A DNA stretch of 64,000 bases from an uncultured virus (IMG/VR IMGVR_UViG_3300008107_000530) (IMGVR_UViG_3300008107_000530); one strand, 5' to 3'; positions 18,894 through 27,679 are shown, numbered from the stretch's first letter. Program-made: numbers and translations. The notes: a model not told the origin generated them from the sequence alone.

Positions 18894-19256
18894 ATGACAA
18901 CGGAAACCAAGATCGAACTCGGCGCAGCGCAGCCGCCCGTGAAGAAGAGGCGCGGTCGCCCCGCGAAGTCCAACGCTCAACGCGTCCGTGAGTTGAGCAA
19001 CGCAGGGTTCACGCCGAAACAGATCGCGGCCAAGACCGGCGTTAGCGTGCAGCAGGTGTACGTGGTGCGCCACACGGAGAAGCGGCGCAAAGAGAAAGAA
19101 CTGGCTTCAAAGTCGCGCGTCGTTGGGAAGCCCTTTGCGCCTGCCCCAGTCAAGATCGAGGGGGCGAAGATCCCTTACGACACCGTGACGGTGGCTGCTG
19201 AAGCACCTAAACCTACGTTCTGGCAGCGGGTCAAGGCCGTGTTTTTCCCCCAGTAA
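18894..19256 (+). CDS. putative DNA-binding protein (AT-hook plus HTH)
   Basis: KKRRGRPAK; GFTPKQIAAKTGVSVQQVYVV. Confidence 0.65.
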   Translation: MTTETKIELGAAQPPVKKRRGRPAKSNAQRVRELSNAGFTPKQIAAKTGVSVQQVYVVRHTEKRRKEKELASKSRVVGKPFAPAPVKIEGAKIPYDTVTVAAEAPKPTFWQRVKAVFFPQ

Positions 19257-19274
19257 ACATACAAGGAGAACGAG

Positions 19275-19487
19275 ATGCGAGATAAGAGAGAGTTTTTCCG
19301 ATTCGACCACCCCAAGGACATCATGATCGGCAAGGGACGTATCGTCTACGAACCGTCTTACGAGACGTGGATTCTGCCGGGGGGTATCCGCACCCGCGAT
19401 CAGGCTCGTGCCGAGTTAATGGCAAAGACCATCAACGAGATCACGCTTCGGCAGGAGGAATCCAAGCGGAAGGCGGTGCGTAAATGA
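19275..19487 (+). CDS. hypothetical protein
   Basis: 70 aa, AAGGAGAA RBS, WILPGG motif. Confidence 0.65.
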   Translation: MRDKREFFRFDHPKDIMIGKGRIVYEPSYETWILPGGIRTRDQARAELMAKTINEITLRQEESKRKAVRK

Positions 19488-19657
19488 GCACACCCACGCT
19501 ACACCCTAAGGCGCTCATGCGCCACGCCCACGAACTGTGGAACTCTCCGCTGGTCCCTGCAGAGACCAACAAACACAACCGCAAAGCCTGGGTACGCAGC
19601 GTGATACGCCTCGGTGATCGGTGGCTGTTGGCACGCAAGGTAGGGAGGGTGCAATGA
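19484..19657 (+). CDS. small hypothetical protein
   Basis: 57 aa (MSTPTLHP..NRKAWVRSVIRLGDRWLLA), below ORF-track cutoff; overlaps both neighbours. Confidence 0.6.
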   Translation: MSTPTLHPKALMRHAHELWNSPLVPAETNKHNRKAWVRSVIRLGDRWLLARKVGRVQ

Positions 19658-19830
19658 GCAAGCTGCCAAAAGGTTTAGACCAACAAGGTCGGCACCCGGA
19701 GGCAGCGGAAGCTGCCACGGAAATTGGCGTGGAAGACCTGCCCGAAGCAGTCGGCAGTGTGGTGCTGCTGGCTGTGGTCGTGATTGTTGTGATTGCAGTG
19801 GTTGCCTTGCTTGCGGGGTACTACGCATGA
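19654..19830 (+). CDS. small membrane protein
   Basis: C-terminal hydrophobic helix VVLLAVVVIVVIAVVALLAG; GGAGG RBS. Confidence 0.55.
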   Translation: MSKLPKGLDQQGRHPEAAEAATEIGVEDLPEAVGSVVLLAVVVIVVIAVVALLAGYYA

Positions 19831-20081
19831 ACGACCTTCCGCGAACCCCGTGGTTCGGTGCGCTGGAATACCCAGTACGCGAAGGTGTGTACGAGCGCAA
19901 GCTGTTCGACCACCACAATGCAGATCCCTTGATTGTTTACTCCTACTGGGATGGCAAGCAGTGGTATGTCGGTACGTACGCACCTGAAGATGCTATGGCT
20001 ATGGCCGAGAAGTACGGCCCGACGATGACCCTATACCGCGAATGGCGCGGACTAATCAAGGAGAACGAAGATGAAAGTTGA
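19827..20081 (+). CDS. hypothetical protein
   Basis: TPWF..PVREGVYER..SYWDGKQW..WRGL phage motif. Confidence 0.65.
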   Translation: MNDLPRTPWFGALEYPVREGVYERKLFDHHNADPLIVYSYWDGKQWYVGTYAPEDAMAMAEKYGPTMTLYREWRGLIKENEDES

Positions 20082-20250
20082 AGTAACTGAAGCACAAGTG
20101 GTAAACGACATGGGCGTGGTAGCCAGAGTGTTGTTGGTAGACGAGAACGTAGTACAGATAAACATCAAACAGGTCACCGGCTGGAACGACTGGATCGAAG
20201 TCTACGAGGCGGTCAAGCGCATCATGATGCTGATGGAGGTGAAGCAATGA
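20071..20250 (+). CDS. small hypothetical protein
   Basis: 59 aa (MKVEVTEAQ..), AAGGAGAA RBS. Confidence 0.55.
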   Translation: MKVEVTEAQVVNDMGVVARVLLVDENVVQINIKQVTGWNDWIEVYEAVKRIMMLMEVKQ

Positions 20251-20480
20251 TTGATACCGGAGGACCGGCGTTCCCGTTCGTCTTTGACGATACGGCCACG
20301 CGCAGTCGGCAGATCTATACAGGCATGAGTATTCGAGATTACTTCGCCGCCAAGGTGGTTCAGGGGCTCTGGGCGAACGCAACTGCACTTGCACAAATGC
20401 CAGCGGGCACAGAGGCTGAATCGATTGCGAGTGTGGCCTACGATGTGGCAGACGCAATGCTGAAGGAGCGGAGCAAATGA
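20247..20480 (+). CDS. conserved phage hypothetical protein
   Basis: GGPAFP..GMSIRDYFAAK..AYDVADAML motif. Confidence 0.75.
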   Translation: MIDTGGPAFPFVFDDTATRSRQIYTGMSIRDYFAAKVVQGLWANATALAQMPAGTEAESIASVAYDVADAMLKERSK

Positions 20481-20641
20481 CTAACAAGTACCACGACTCC
20501 GTTACCCACGGGCTTGTTGAGGAGTTACTCCAGACGATCTATCGGTACAGCGACACGATGCTTGTCGCCACTGCTGTGGGCTGTTTGGAACTGGCAAAGA
20601 TGCAACTGATTGCAGAACAAGAGGAGTTGGACGATGACTGA
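20477..20641 (+). CDS. small hypothetical protein
   Basis: 54 aa (MTNKYHDS..VGCLELAK), ATGA overlap. Confidence 0.5.
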   Translation: MTNKYHDSVTHGLVEELLQTIYRYSDTMLVATAVGCLELAKMQLIAEQEELDDD

Positions 20642-20891
20642 CTCCCAATTCCAAGCACTGTGCAACACCTACGGTTTCGCCCCCAGCAGGGCACTGCGGG
20701 AGTTGCTGGATACAGCAATCGGTCAGGCTGCTGTTGTGCGTAACTCCATTGCGTACATCAAGGAACTGGAGATGCTAAATCACCAAGCATTGGAGGCACT
20801 GAAGATGATGCGGGACAAATACGGCGAGTATGCCTGCCCCGCGTGTGACCACGCGGATGCTGCGATCTCTGCGTTGAAGGGGGTGAAATGA
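20634..20891 (+). CDS. hypothetical protein
   Basis: ATG 20634 behind GAGGAG. Confidence 0.55.
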   Translation: MTDSQFQALCNTYGFAPSRALRELLDTAIGQAAVVRNSIAYIKELEMLNHQALEALKMMRDKYGEYACPACDHADAAISALKGVK

Positions 20892-21181
20892 CACAACCTA
20901 CCGCCCTGCGGTTGGCTGATGCGCTGCTCAAATACCTTGGCGGAAACACAGCATCGCAAGCCGCCGCCGAACTGCGCCAATTGCACGAAGCAAACGAAGC
21001 GTTTGGCAAACGACAGGAATGGTGGAACGAACGCATGTTTGTGCTTGAACAACAGCGTGATGCGCTGCTGTCGCTGCTAGGCAGCATTCGCGGTTGGGAC
21101 GTACTGGACGCAACTGCGGATGGGGCGTACTGGAAACGCGAGATCGACTCCGCCATCAAGGCAGCAAGGGAGAACACATGA
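20888..21181 (+). CDS. hypothetical protein
   Basis: MTQPTALRLADAL..AAAELRQLH phage motif. Confidence 0.65.
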   Translation: MTQPTALRLADALLKYLGGNTASQAAAELRQLHEANEAFGKRQEWWNERMFVLEQQRDALLSLLGSIRGWDVLDATADGAYWKREIDSAIKAARENT

Positions 21182-21269
21182 CCCGAATTCACTACTGGTG
21201 CCCGGTGTACCGGGCGTATGTCTATGCCTTGGTGCCGACCGAGGTTGCTTTCAAACTGATGGGGTGGGT

Positions 21270-21476
21270 ATGACCACACTACGCGAAGCCGTGATTACGA
21301 TTTGGTGGATTCTTGTGCTGGCGTGTTGTGTGGTGGGCATCGTGGTTGGATTAAGCGCAGTCATGCCGCCGCGAGAAGTGCGACTGAGCCAGAAAGAAGT
21401 TGACTTCCACTTCGCGTGTGTGGAAGTCAAGGGCCGCGCCGTATGGAACGGAAGACATTGGGAGTGCTTGAAATGA
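21270..21476 (+). CDS. small membrane protein
   Basis: N-terminal hydrophobic helix; ATGA overlaps. Confidence 0.5.
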   Translation: MTTLREAVITIWWILVLACCVVGIVVGLSAVMPPREVRLSQKEVDFHFACVEVKGRAVWNGRHWECLK

Positions 21477-21886
21477 CACCCCTGAGAACCGCCGCCCAGC
21501 AGGCGATTGCGCTGATATGCAGCGCCAGACTTTGCGAAGTCAACAGCATGAGCAGCAGGCAAGAAATGCTCCGCTTGCTGATCGAAGCTACCGACACCCT
21601 CCGCGCCGCGCTGACAGAGGATGCCCTGCAACGCTTCACCGATGTGAACCAAGAGATTGAGGCCGCGCTGGCAGAGCCGGTGCAGGAGCCGTATGCATGG
21701 ATGGCTGTCGGCGGAACTGTCTGGCGACACAAGTCTAGTCAAGACGATGTCCCTCTCTACACCACCTCACCCCAGCGCAAGCCGCTGACGGAGGAGGAGA
21801 TTTACGGCATGTACAGCGAACCGAGCAGTGACGCCGAAATGGTTGAGTTTGCCCGCGCCGTCGAGCGGACGCATGGGATCACATGA
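21473..21886 (+). CDS. hypothetical protein
   Basis: EPYAW..VPLYT..RKPLTEEEI..FARAVE..HGI motif common in proteobacterial phages. Confidence 0.65.
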   Translation: MTPLRTAAQQAIALICSARLCEVNSMSSRQEMLRLLIEATDTLRAALTEDALQRFTDVNQEIEAALAEPVQEPYAWMAVGGTVWRHKSSQDDVPLYTTSPQRKPLTEEEIYGMYSEPSSDAEMVEFARAVERTHGIT

Positions 21887-22004
21887 ACCCTAAACAATTC
21901 CTCCGCCGTTGCTTCGCATGCAACAAGGATCTACCTGAACACACTGGCAGTAGTAAGCCCCGTGGGTTGTGGCGCTGCGCTGCCTGTACACAAAAGAGTA
22001 AGCA

Positions 22005-22190
22005 ATGAAATACGAACAAGCCAAACCTCTCGTTGAGCGGTTGATGGACATCTGCGTCCTGTACCACGGAGCACCAACGCTGCTGCGGGAGAAGATCTAT
22101 ACAGCCATTGAATTTCACATCCCGCATATGGATCAAGGCTGTCTTGAGCGTGGCTGCGCTTGTGCTGATGACTGGAGGAAGAATGAGTAA
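22005..22190 (+). CDS. hypothetical protein
   Basis: 61 aa ORF in overlapping gene run. Confidence 0.5.
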   Translation: MKYEQAKPLVERLMDICVLYHGAPTLLREKIYTAIEFHIPHMDQGCLERGCACADDWRKNE

Positions 22191-22359
22191 ACAAATTGCC
22201 GAGCACACAGCCCGGTTCGACATCGCAGCGCTTCGCGTGTTTGGACGCAGTGCCCCACCACCTGAAGGTGTCATCACTCCGCTACTGCTCAAGGCAGCAG
22301 ACGACATGGAGAAGATGTTGGAGGAGTTGCTTGAACTACGTGCAAAGGAGAAGAAATGA
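22183..22359 (+). CDS. hypothetical protein
   Basis: ATG 22183 behind GGAGG. Confidence 0.5.
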   Translation: MSKQIAEHTARFDIAALRVFGRSAPPPEGVITPLLLKAADDMEKMLEELLELRAKEKK

Positions 22360-22673
22360 GCAAAGATGACATCATCCGCATGGCGCGGGAAGCGGGTTTC
22401 GCTGTAGAGGATGGTGGCGTTTACACCCCAGACGCATACGGACCCGGCGATGTTACGCAGTTGGTGAAACGCTTCGCCGCCCTTGTTTACGAGTCAATAT
22501 TCCGTGACGCAAACATCGCCGCTTCACGGACGATATTGGATGCGGCAGTTCTGGAAGAACGAGAAGCCTGCGCGAAGGTGTGTGAAGCCAGAGCCGACGA
22601 GGAAGTCGGCATGGCGTATGCAGGGATCGCACTTGACTGCGCCGCCGCCATCCGCGCAAGGAGTAACACATGA
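22356..22673 (+). CDS. conserved phage hypothetical protein
   Basis: DDIIRMAREAG..RFAALV..EREACAKVC..CAAAIRAR motif. Confidence 0.7.
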   Translation: MSKDDIIRMAREAGFAVEDGGVYTPDAYGPGDVTQLVKRFAALVYESIFRDANIAASRTILDAAVLEEREACAKVCEARADEEVGMAYAGIALDCAAAIRARSNT

Positions 22674-22858
22674 GATACGAAGCTCAAGACTTCGCCCGCT
22701 GTGCGGGTAACCCATGCTTTGAATACTGCAACGCATGTAAACGTAATCTCAAGAACTCTCCGGTTCACCCGGAGGCAACCCATCAGTGGCACATGGGGCC
22801 GTGGATCATGGAAGATGAGAAGTGCCCGTCATTTACGGAGATGAAGGAGGATGTTTAA
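22670..22858 (+). CDS. small Cys-rich protein
   Basis: DFARC..C..C..C.R; AAGGAG RBS. Confidence 0.55.
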   Translation: MRYEAQDFARCAGNPCFEYCNACKRNLKNSPVHPEATHQWHMGPWIMEDEKCPSFTEMKEDV

Positions 22859-23084
22859 GTGTCCCGAGTGCGGAGTGTGGACGGAGGTGATAGACACGCG
22901 AGTGAGGGCCGATGGCTCGCGCCGCCGTCGTTACCAGTGCGGGAACCTGCACAAGTTCTGGACAGAGGAACGCATAACCCCTGGCCCTTCCTCTACAGCT
23001 ACCGCCAAGACGGAAGCGTTACAAAAAATCGAGGAAGAAAAACAACGCGTTATGCTGAAGCTGAAAGTATGGGAGAAGCCCTAA
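22851..23084 (+). CDS. NrdR-like Zn-ribbon protein
   Basis: KCPECG..VIDTR..RRRRYQC..KFWTEE; lacks ATP cone. Confidence 0.7.
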   Translation: MFKCPECGVWTEVIDTRVRADGSRRRRYQCGNLHKFWTEERITPGPSSTATAKTEALQKIEEEKQRVMLKLKVWEKP

Positions 23085-23085
23085 T

Positions 23086-23301
23086 ATGAGTGCAAATGAG
23101 ACACAGGTGGGGGGAACCCACTACAAACAGTTCCAGTATGAAACCTGGGACGTGATCCTAGACTGGCAGCTCGGGTATCTTGACGGCAACGCAGTCAAAT
23201 ATCTCAGCCGTTGGAGACATAAAAACGGAGTGCAAGATCTGAAGAAGGCTGCGCATTACATCCAAAAGCTCATCGAGGTGGAGGAGTCCCGTGCCGCTTG
23301 A
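23086..23301 (+). CDS. DUF3310 family protein (putative nucleotide kinase-like)
   Basis: QVGGTHY..GNAVKYLSRW..KNGVQDLKKA.HY. Confidence 0.85.
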   Translation: MSANETQVGGTHYKQFQYETWDVILDWQLGYLDGNAVKYLSRWRHKNGVQDLKKAAHYIQKLIEVEESRAA

Positions 23302-24655
23302 GGTCATAAGAAAACTTCTTGTAGCACGCAAGCCGAAGTCCGTGCTCGAAATCAAGGACGCCGACCCTGATTGGTCACCATTGCGCCACTGCGTTGCACA
23401 CGATGTCGAGTGGACTATGGCGGACGATCTAGCTGCGTGGAAGCCTCAGAGCAAGTACGACGTTGGGTTGATTGGTCGGGTGCTTGAGCGTTTCAGTGTG
23501 TCCGACGCCCTGTTTCTGATGCACCGGATGTCCGAGTGCTGCAGCACGGTGGTTCTGCGTGTAAAACGAAGCAGTGAACTCGTCGCCGCGCTGCCCGCAC
23601 CGCAAGAGATGTACGTGGAGGACGACATCGGTGTTTATGTATATACAAGTACAAGCGCCGAAGCCGCACCGCTGCCCACCATCTTCGTGAACATCGCTTC
23701 GTACCGTGATGACCATGAACTGTGGGCGACGGTCGAAGATGCAGTAGCCAAGGCCGAGCACCCTGAACGACTGCGGTTTGCCGTAGTTGATCAGACCGTG
23801 TACCCTGCCCGAGAAGATAAGCTGGCGTTGGCCGCACCTGCGCAGATCGAGTATCTGTTTGTGGACTACAAGTTCAGCCGTGGCCCTTGTTGGGCACGAG
23901 CGGTGGGGTTCACGCTTTTGTACGACGAGGACTACGCGCTACAGGTCGATTCACATTCGCGGTTCGATCCCGGATGGGATACATGGTTTATACAAACAAT
24001 AGAACGCTTGAGGTCCAAGTCAAGCAAGCCTTACCTGTCCATGATGCCGTATGGGTTCACCTATGAGAACAACAAGGTGAAGCTGGATCGCTGGGGCTCA
24101 GCAACCGTAGGGCAGAAGCCCGCCCAAGATGGGCCGATGAGCGCCGTGGCTATCAACTATGCGGGTGCGATATGCGCACACGCCGATGATCTGGAGGGTA
24201 GCCGTATATCTGCAGGCTGCGTGTTCGCTCCTGCAGACCTGTTCAGGCAAGTGTTGATTGACCCGGCCCTGTACTTCTACGGTGAGGAGCACAACTTCAC
24301 GGTACGTGCTTTCACCCACGGGTGGGATCTGTTCTTCGTTGCAGGACAACCTGTCTTCCACCTGTTCAATGATACGAAGTGCTCCGTCCGTGCGCCGCAT
24401 TGGAACGAGGGGGATGACAAACAGCGGGCTAAGCGCTGGTGGACATACGATGAGCAGTCAAACAAGCGGCTGAAAAGTTTGCTGGTGGGCGGGGCAAACC
24501 TTGGGGCTTACGGGCTCGGCACTGCACGTACCCTAGCTGATTACGCTGACAAGTTTGGCATCGACTACCCGAACATGCGCGTGCGCGATGGCTTCGGGGA
24601 AAAGAAACAACCTGAGAACTCGGAGAACGAACAACATGGACCTGATAACTCTTGA
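23291..24655 (+). CDS. GT60-like (GlcNAc-transferase family) glycosyltransferase with degenerate methyltransferase-like N-terminus
   Basis: TIFVNIASYRD, HPERLRFAVVDQ, SRGPCWAR, LQVDSHSRF..WD, DP.LYFYGEE..RAFTHGWD, YGLG..RTLADY. Confidence 0.75.
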   Translation: MPLEVIRKLLVARKPKSVLEIKDADPDWSPLRHCVAHDVEWTMADDLAAWKPQSKYDVGLIGRVLERFSVSDALFLMHRMSECCSTVVLRVKRSSELVAALPAPQEMYVEDDIGVYVYTSTSAEAAPLPTIFVNIASYRDDHELWATVEDAVAKAEHPERLRFAVVDQTVYPAREDKLALAAPAQIEYLFVDYKFSRGPCWARAVGFTLLYDEDYALQVDSHSRFDPGWDTWFIQTIERLRSKSSKPYLSMMPYGFTYENNKVKLDRWGSATVGQKPAQDGPMSAVAINYAGAICAHADDLEGSRISAGCVFAPADLFRQVLIDPALYFYGEEHNFTVRAFTHGWDLFFVAGQPVFHLFNDTKCSVRAPHWNEGDDKQRAKRWWTYDEQSNKRLKSLLVGGANLGAYGLGTARTLADYADKFGIDYPNMRVRDGFGEKKQPENSENEQHGPDNS

Positions 24656-26372
24656 CTTTGAAACGTACTACGACAGGGAGTTCAGCCTCACGAAACTTAC
24701 AACTGAAGAGTACATACGCGATAAACGGTTTGAGGTTATCGGCGTGGGGCTCAAGGTCAACAACGGCGTAGTGGAGTGGGCAAGTGGGACTGAACAGCAG
24801 ATCAAAGATTGGTTACTCCAGTTTGACTGGGAAAACTCTATGGCGTTGGCTCATAACGCTATGTTTGATGGGGCCATTCTGGCTTGGCGGTTTGGCATTC
24901 TGCCTAACCTATGGCTTGATACTCTGTGCATGGGGCGGGCTCTGCACGGTGTGGAAGTCAGTAACTCCCTGGCAGCGCTAGCGCAGCGCGAGGGGCTCGG
25001 CACCAAGGGCGTGGAGGTGCTGACCGTAGCGGGTATGCGCCGCGAGGACTTCTCCAAGGAGCGGCTGGCTCGGTACGGGGACTACTGCGTCACCGACGTG
25101 GAGCTTACGTACCTGCTGTTCAAGAAGTTCTTACCCCTGTTCCCCAAGAAAGAACTGAAGCTCATAGATACAACGCTTCGTATGTTCATTGAACCTACGC
25201 TGCGGCTGGACAAGGATCTTTTGCAAGAGCACCTGCAGAGTATTCAGGAACAGAAGTCCAAGTTGCTGGCCGACAGTGGTGTGGAAGCATCGGATCTGAT
25301 GAGCAACCCAAAGTTCGCAGAGGTGTTGGCCAATCTTGGTGTAACGCCGCCGAGGAAGACGAGTCTGACCACAGGTAAAGAAACGCATGCGTTTGCCAAG
25401 AACGACGAAGACTTCATCGCATTGCTCCATCATCCGGACTGGCGCGTGCAAGGGTTGGTATCGGCACGTCTTGGAATGAAGTCAACGCTGGAAGAGACTC
25501 GCACCCAACGGTTCATTGACATAGCCGAGCGGGGCGCACTGCCGGTGCCGATCAAGTATTACGCAGCGCACACGGGGCGGTTCGGCGGGGACGACAAGAT
25601 CAACCTGCAGAACCTGCCGAGCCGAGGAGAGAACGCGGGGAAGNNNNNNNNNNNNNNNNNNNNNNNNAAGAAACAGTTTAAGCACGACCCGTACAAGCTG
25701 ATGGCATCACAAATTTACGGTAAGCCAACCACCGAGATCACAGACCCTGAACGGTTTGTAGGTAAGACAACGATCCTTGGTGCCGGGTACGGTATGGGCG
25801 CGGTGAAGTTTCACGCCCAGTTAAGGGGCTCAGAGGCGAACGTGGATCTGGACGAAGCCCGCCGAATCGTGGAGGTATACCGGAAGTCAAACCCGGCGAT
25901 CACCGGTTTGTGGCGACAGGCGCAGCTCATGCTGGTCGCGATGCTGCGGGACGAGCCGGCCATGCTGGGGCGCTCCGGTGTGCTGTCAATAGTGCCCGTG
26001 GAGAAAGCAATCCTGTTGCCTAGCAAGCTGATGCTGCGGTACGATGACCTGAAGGCGCAGGAGGGTGAGAAGGGGATCGAGTTCACCTACAAGACCCGTA
26101 AGGGGCGCACCCGCATTTACGGCGGGAAGGTCATCGAGAACGTCTGCCAAGCCATTGCCCGCTGCATCATCGGGGAACAGATGCTGCGCATTGCCATGAA
26201 GTACAAAGTTGTGCTGACAGTGCATGACGCTATCGCGTGCATCTGCAGAGACGAAGAAGTAAATGAAGCTCGGGCGTATGTTGAAGAATGTATGCGGTGG
26301 GTGCCGAAGTGGGCAGGAGGACTGCCTGTTAACTGTGAAAGCGGAGTAGGAAAAAGTTATGGCGACTGCTGA
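24636..26372 (+). CDS. polA: family A DNA polymerase with 3'-5' exonuclease domain (spans assembly gap)
   Basis: ExoI DFET, ExoII HNAMFD, ExoIII YCVTD; HTGRF..NLQNLP, motif B RFVGKTTILGAGYG, motif C VHDA; motif A falls in N gap 25644-25667. Confidence 0.9.
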   Translation: MDLITLDFETYYDREFSLTKLTTEEYIRDKRFEVIGVGLKVNNGVVEWASGTEQQIKDWLLQFDWENSMALAHNAMFDGAILAWRFGILPNLWLDTLCMGRALHGVEVSNSLAALAQREGLGTKGVEVLTVAGMRREDFSKERLARYGDYCVTDVELTYLLFKKFLPLFPKKELKLIDTTLRMFIEPTLRLDKDLLQEHLQSIQEQKSKLLADSGVEASDLMSNPKFAEVLANLGVTPPRKTSLTTGKETHAFAKNDEDFIALLHHPDWRVQGLVSARLGMKSTLEETRTQRFIDIAERGALPVPIKYYAAHTGRFGGDDKINLQNLPSRGENAGKXXXXXXXXKKQFKHDPYKLMASQIYGKPTTEITDPERFVGKTTILGAGYGMGAVKFHAQLRGSEANVDLDEARRIVEVYRKSNPAITGLWRQAQLMLVAMLRDEPAMLGRSGVLSIVPVEKAILLPSKLMLRYDDLKAQEGEKGIEFTYKTRKGRTRIYGGKVIENVCQAIARCIIGEQMLRIAMKYKVVLTVHDAIACICRDEEVNEARAYVEECMRWVPKWAGGLPVNCESGVGKSYGDC

Positions 26373-26550
26373 GATCGTGGACTACGCTATGCCTCTGATG
26401 AACATCGAGCGCATGGCCAAACAACTGTATAACGAATGCCTGGAGGATGATCTCCCGGCTGCGGAAGAGACCGCCCTGCGGATGGGTGTAGAGGTACGAG
26501 TGCTTCAGGCTACCCTTGCGATCATGCAAAACAAGGAAATGCCGCGATGA
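26359..26550 (+). CDS. hypothetical protein
   Basis: 63 aa overlapping ORF, VDYAMPLMNIE motif. Confidence 0.6.
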   Translation: MATAEIVDYAMPLMNIERMAKQLYNECLEDDLPAAEETALRMGVEVRVLQATLAIMQNKEMPR

Positions 26551-27218
26551 GCACGAGCCGCTGGTCATACAGCAGCCTGAAACTTTTTGAACAGTGCCCT
26601 CGAAAGTATTACCACCTGCGGGTGGTCAAGGACTTCAAGGAGCCTGAGTCAGAAGCAATGATGTACGGCACGCGGTTCCACGAAGCTGCGGAGTTCTACA
26701 TCAAGGAAGACCGCCCACTCCCCCCGTACTTCACCTTTGTCAAAGGTGCTTTGGACAACCTGAAGCACATCAAGGGGGAGAAGCTGTGCGAATACGAGAT
26801 GGGGATTACGGAAGACCTGCAGCCCTGTGCGTTCAACGCACCCAATGTTTGGTTCCGTGGGATTGCTGACCTGCTGATTCTGGATCGGGAGTCAGGAGAG
26901 GCAAGGATCGTTGACTACAAGACTGGCAAGTCTTCCAAGTACGCGGACCCGGATCAGTTGGAGTTGATGTCCCTGTGCGTGTTCAAGCACTTCCCCGAGA
27001 TCAAGAAGGTGCGCTCCGGCCTGCTGTTCGTGGTGTGCAACGCATTCGTGAAGAGCAAGTGCGAATCCACCCAGCAAGATACGCTCTGGAAGAAGTGGAC
27101 AGACAAGCACGACAAACTAAAATTTGCCGTGAGCCACGACGTGTGGAACCCCAAGCCTTCCGGTCTTTGCCGAAAGCACTGCGTGGTGACGAGCTGCCCG
27201 CACAACGGAAAGAACTGA
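26547..27218 (+). CDS. PD-(D/E)XK (RecB-like) exonuclease
   Basis: WSYSSL..FEQCP, GTRFH, RGIADL..IVDYKTGK, QL, C-terminal C..C..C. Confidence 0.85.
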   Translation: MSTSRWSYSSLKLFEQCPRKYYHLRVVKDFKEPESEAMMYGTRFHEAAEFYIKEDRPLPPYFTFVKGALDNLKHIKGEKLCEYEMGITEDLQPCAFNAPNVWFRGIADLLILDRESGEARIVDYKTGKSSKYADPDQLELMSLCVFKHFPEIKKVRSGLLFVVCNAFVKSKCESTQQDTLWKKWTDKHDKLKFAVSHDVWNPKPSGLCRKHCVVTSCPHNGKN

Positions 27219-27219
27219 C

Positions 27220-27477
27220 ATGCCCTACACCAAGTCCCCCCGCCCGTACAAACACGAGTACGACATGCAGCAGCAGCGCGGCGAACACGAAGACCGCATG
27301 GAGCGGCAGCGTGCCCGGAGGGCGATGGATAAGAAGGGTGTCAACCGCAAAGGTAAAGATGTTTCTCACGTGAAAGCGTTGGCACGCGGTGGGACTAACG
27401 CTGACGGCTACAAGCTGGAGTCTCCGAAGGCAAACCGCAGCAGGAATCTGCACAAAAAAGGCGAAAAAGCCACTTGA
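27220..27477 (+). CDS. small HNH-like protein
   Basis: GKDVSHVKAL..GGTN..NRSRN. Confidence 0.65.
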   Translation: MPYTKSPRPYKHEYDMQQQRGEHEDRMERQRARRAMDKKGVNRKGKDVSHVKALARGGTNADGYKLESPKANRSRNLHKKGEKAT

Positions 27478-27502
27478 CGTGCCAGCGCGGTAGCGCTACA
27501 TT
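27474..27502 (+). promoter_or_regulatory. sigma70 promoter
   Basis: TTGACG, 17-nt spacer, TACATT. Confidence 0.7.
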
Positions 27503-27508
27503 GGATTT

Positions 27509-27661
27509 GTCTGCGGTGGCAGATCCCCTGTAAGGTGTGGGTGGGGGGCAGCGGTCTTCCGAGGGACCGATAACTACACCAGTCGGCACGAGAATCCTTT
27601 CTCCTCTCGGGAACCGATAAGCAGACGGCGGAACAGCTAACCCTGTTCTGCCTGTTCTGCC
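27509..27661 (+). ncRNA. putative structured RNA or 5' leader with anti-SD loop
   Basis: Non-coding, behind promoter; stems GTCTGC/GCAGAC, GGTGTGG/CTACACC, CGGTC/GACCG, CGAGA/TCTCG (loop ATCCTTTCTCC), GGCGGAACAG/CTGTTCTGCC. Confidence 0.55.
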
Positions 27662-27679
27662 ATTCCAACAAGGTACGAG

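Noticed and set aside
22851..23084. nrdR gene
   Set aside because: Only the Zn-ribbon is present, there is no ATP cone, and no ribonucleotide reductase was seen
25644..25667. Polymerase pseudogene lacking motif A
   Set aside because: The missing segment coincides with an N scaffold gap; flanking motifs are intact
26547..27218. Cas4 / CRISPR adaptation gene
   Set aside because: Cys cluster and RecB motifs are shared with ordinary phage replication exonucleases; the context is polymerase and helicase genes
27509..27661. tRNA or known self-cleaving ribozyme
   Set aside because: No T-loop or anticodon arm geometry, no hammerhead core (CTGATGA..GAAA), and no convincing HDV-like pseudoknot by eye
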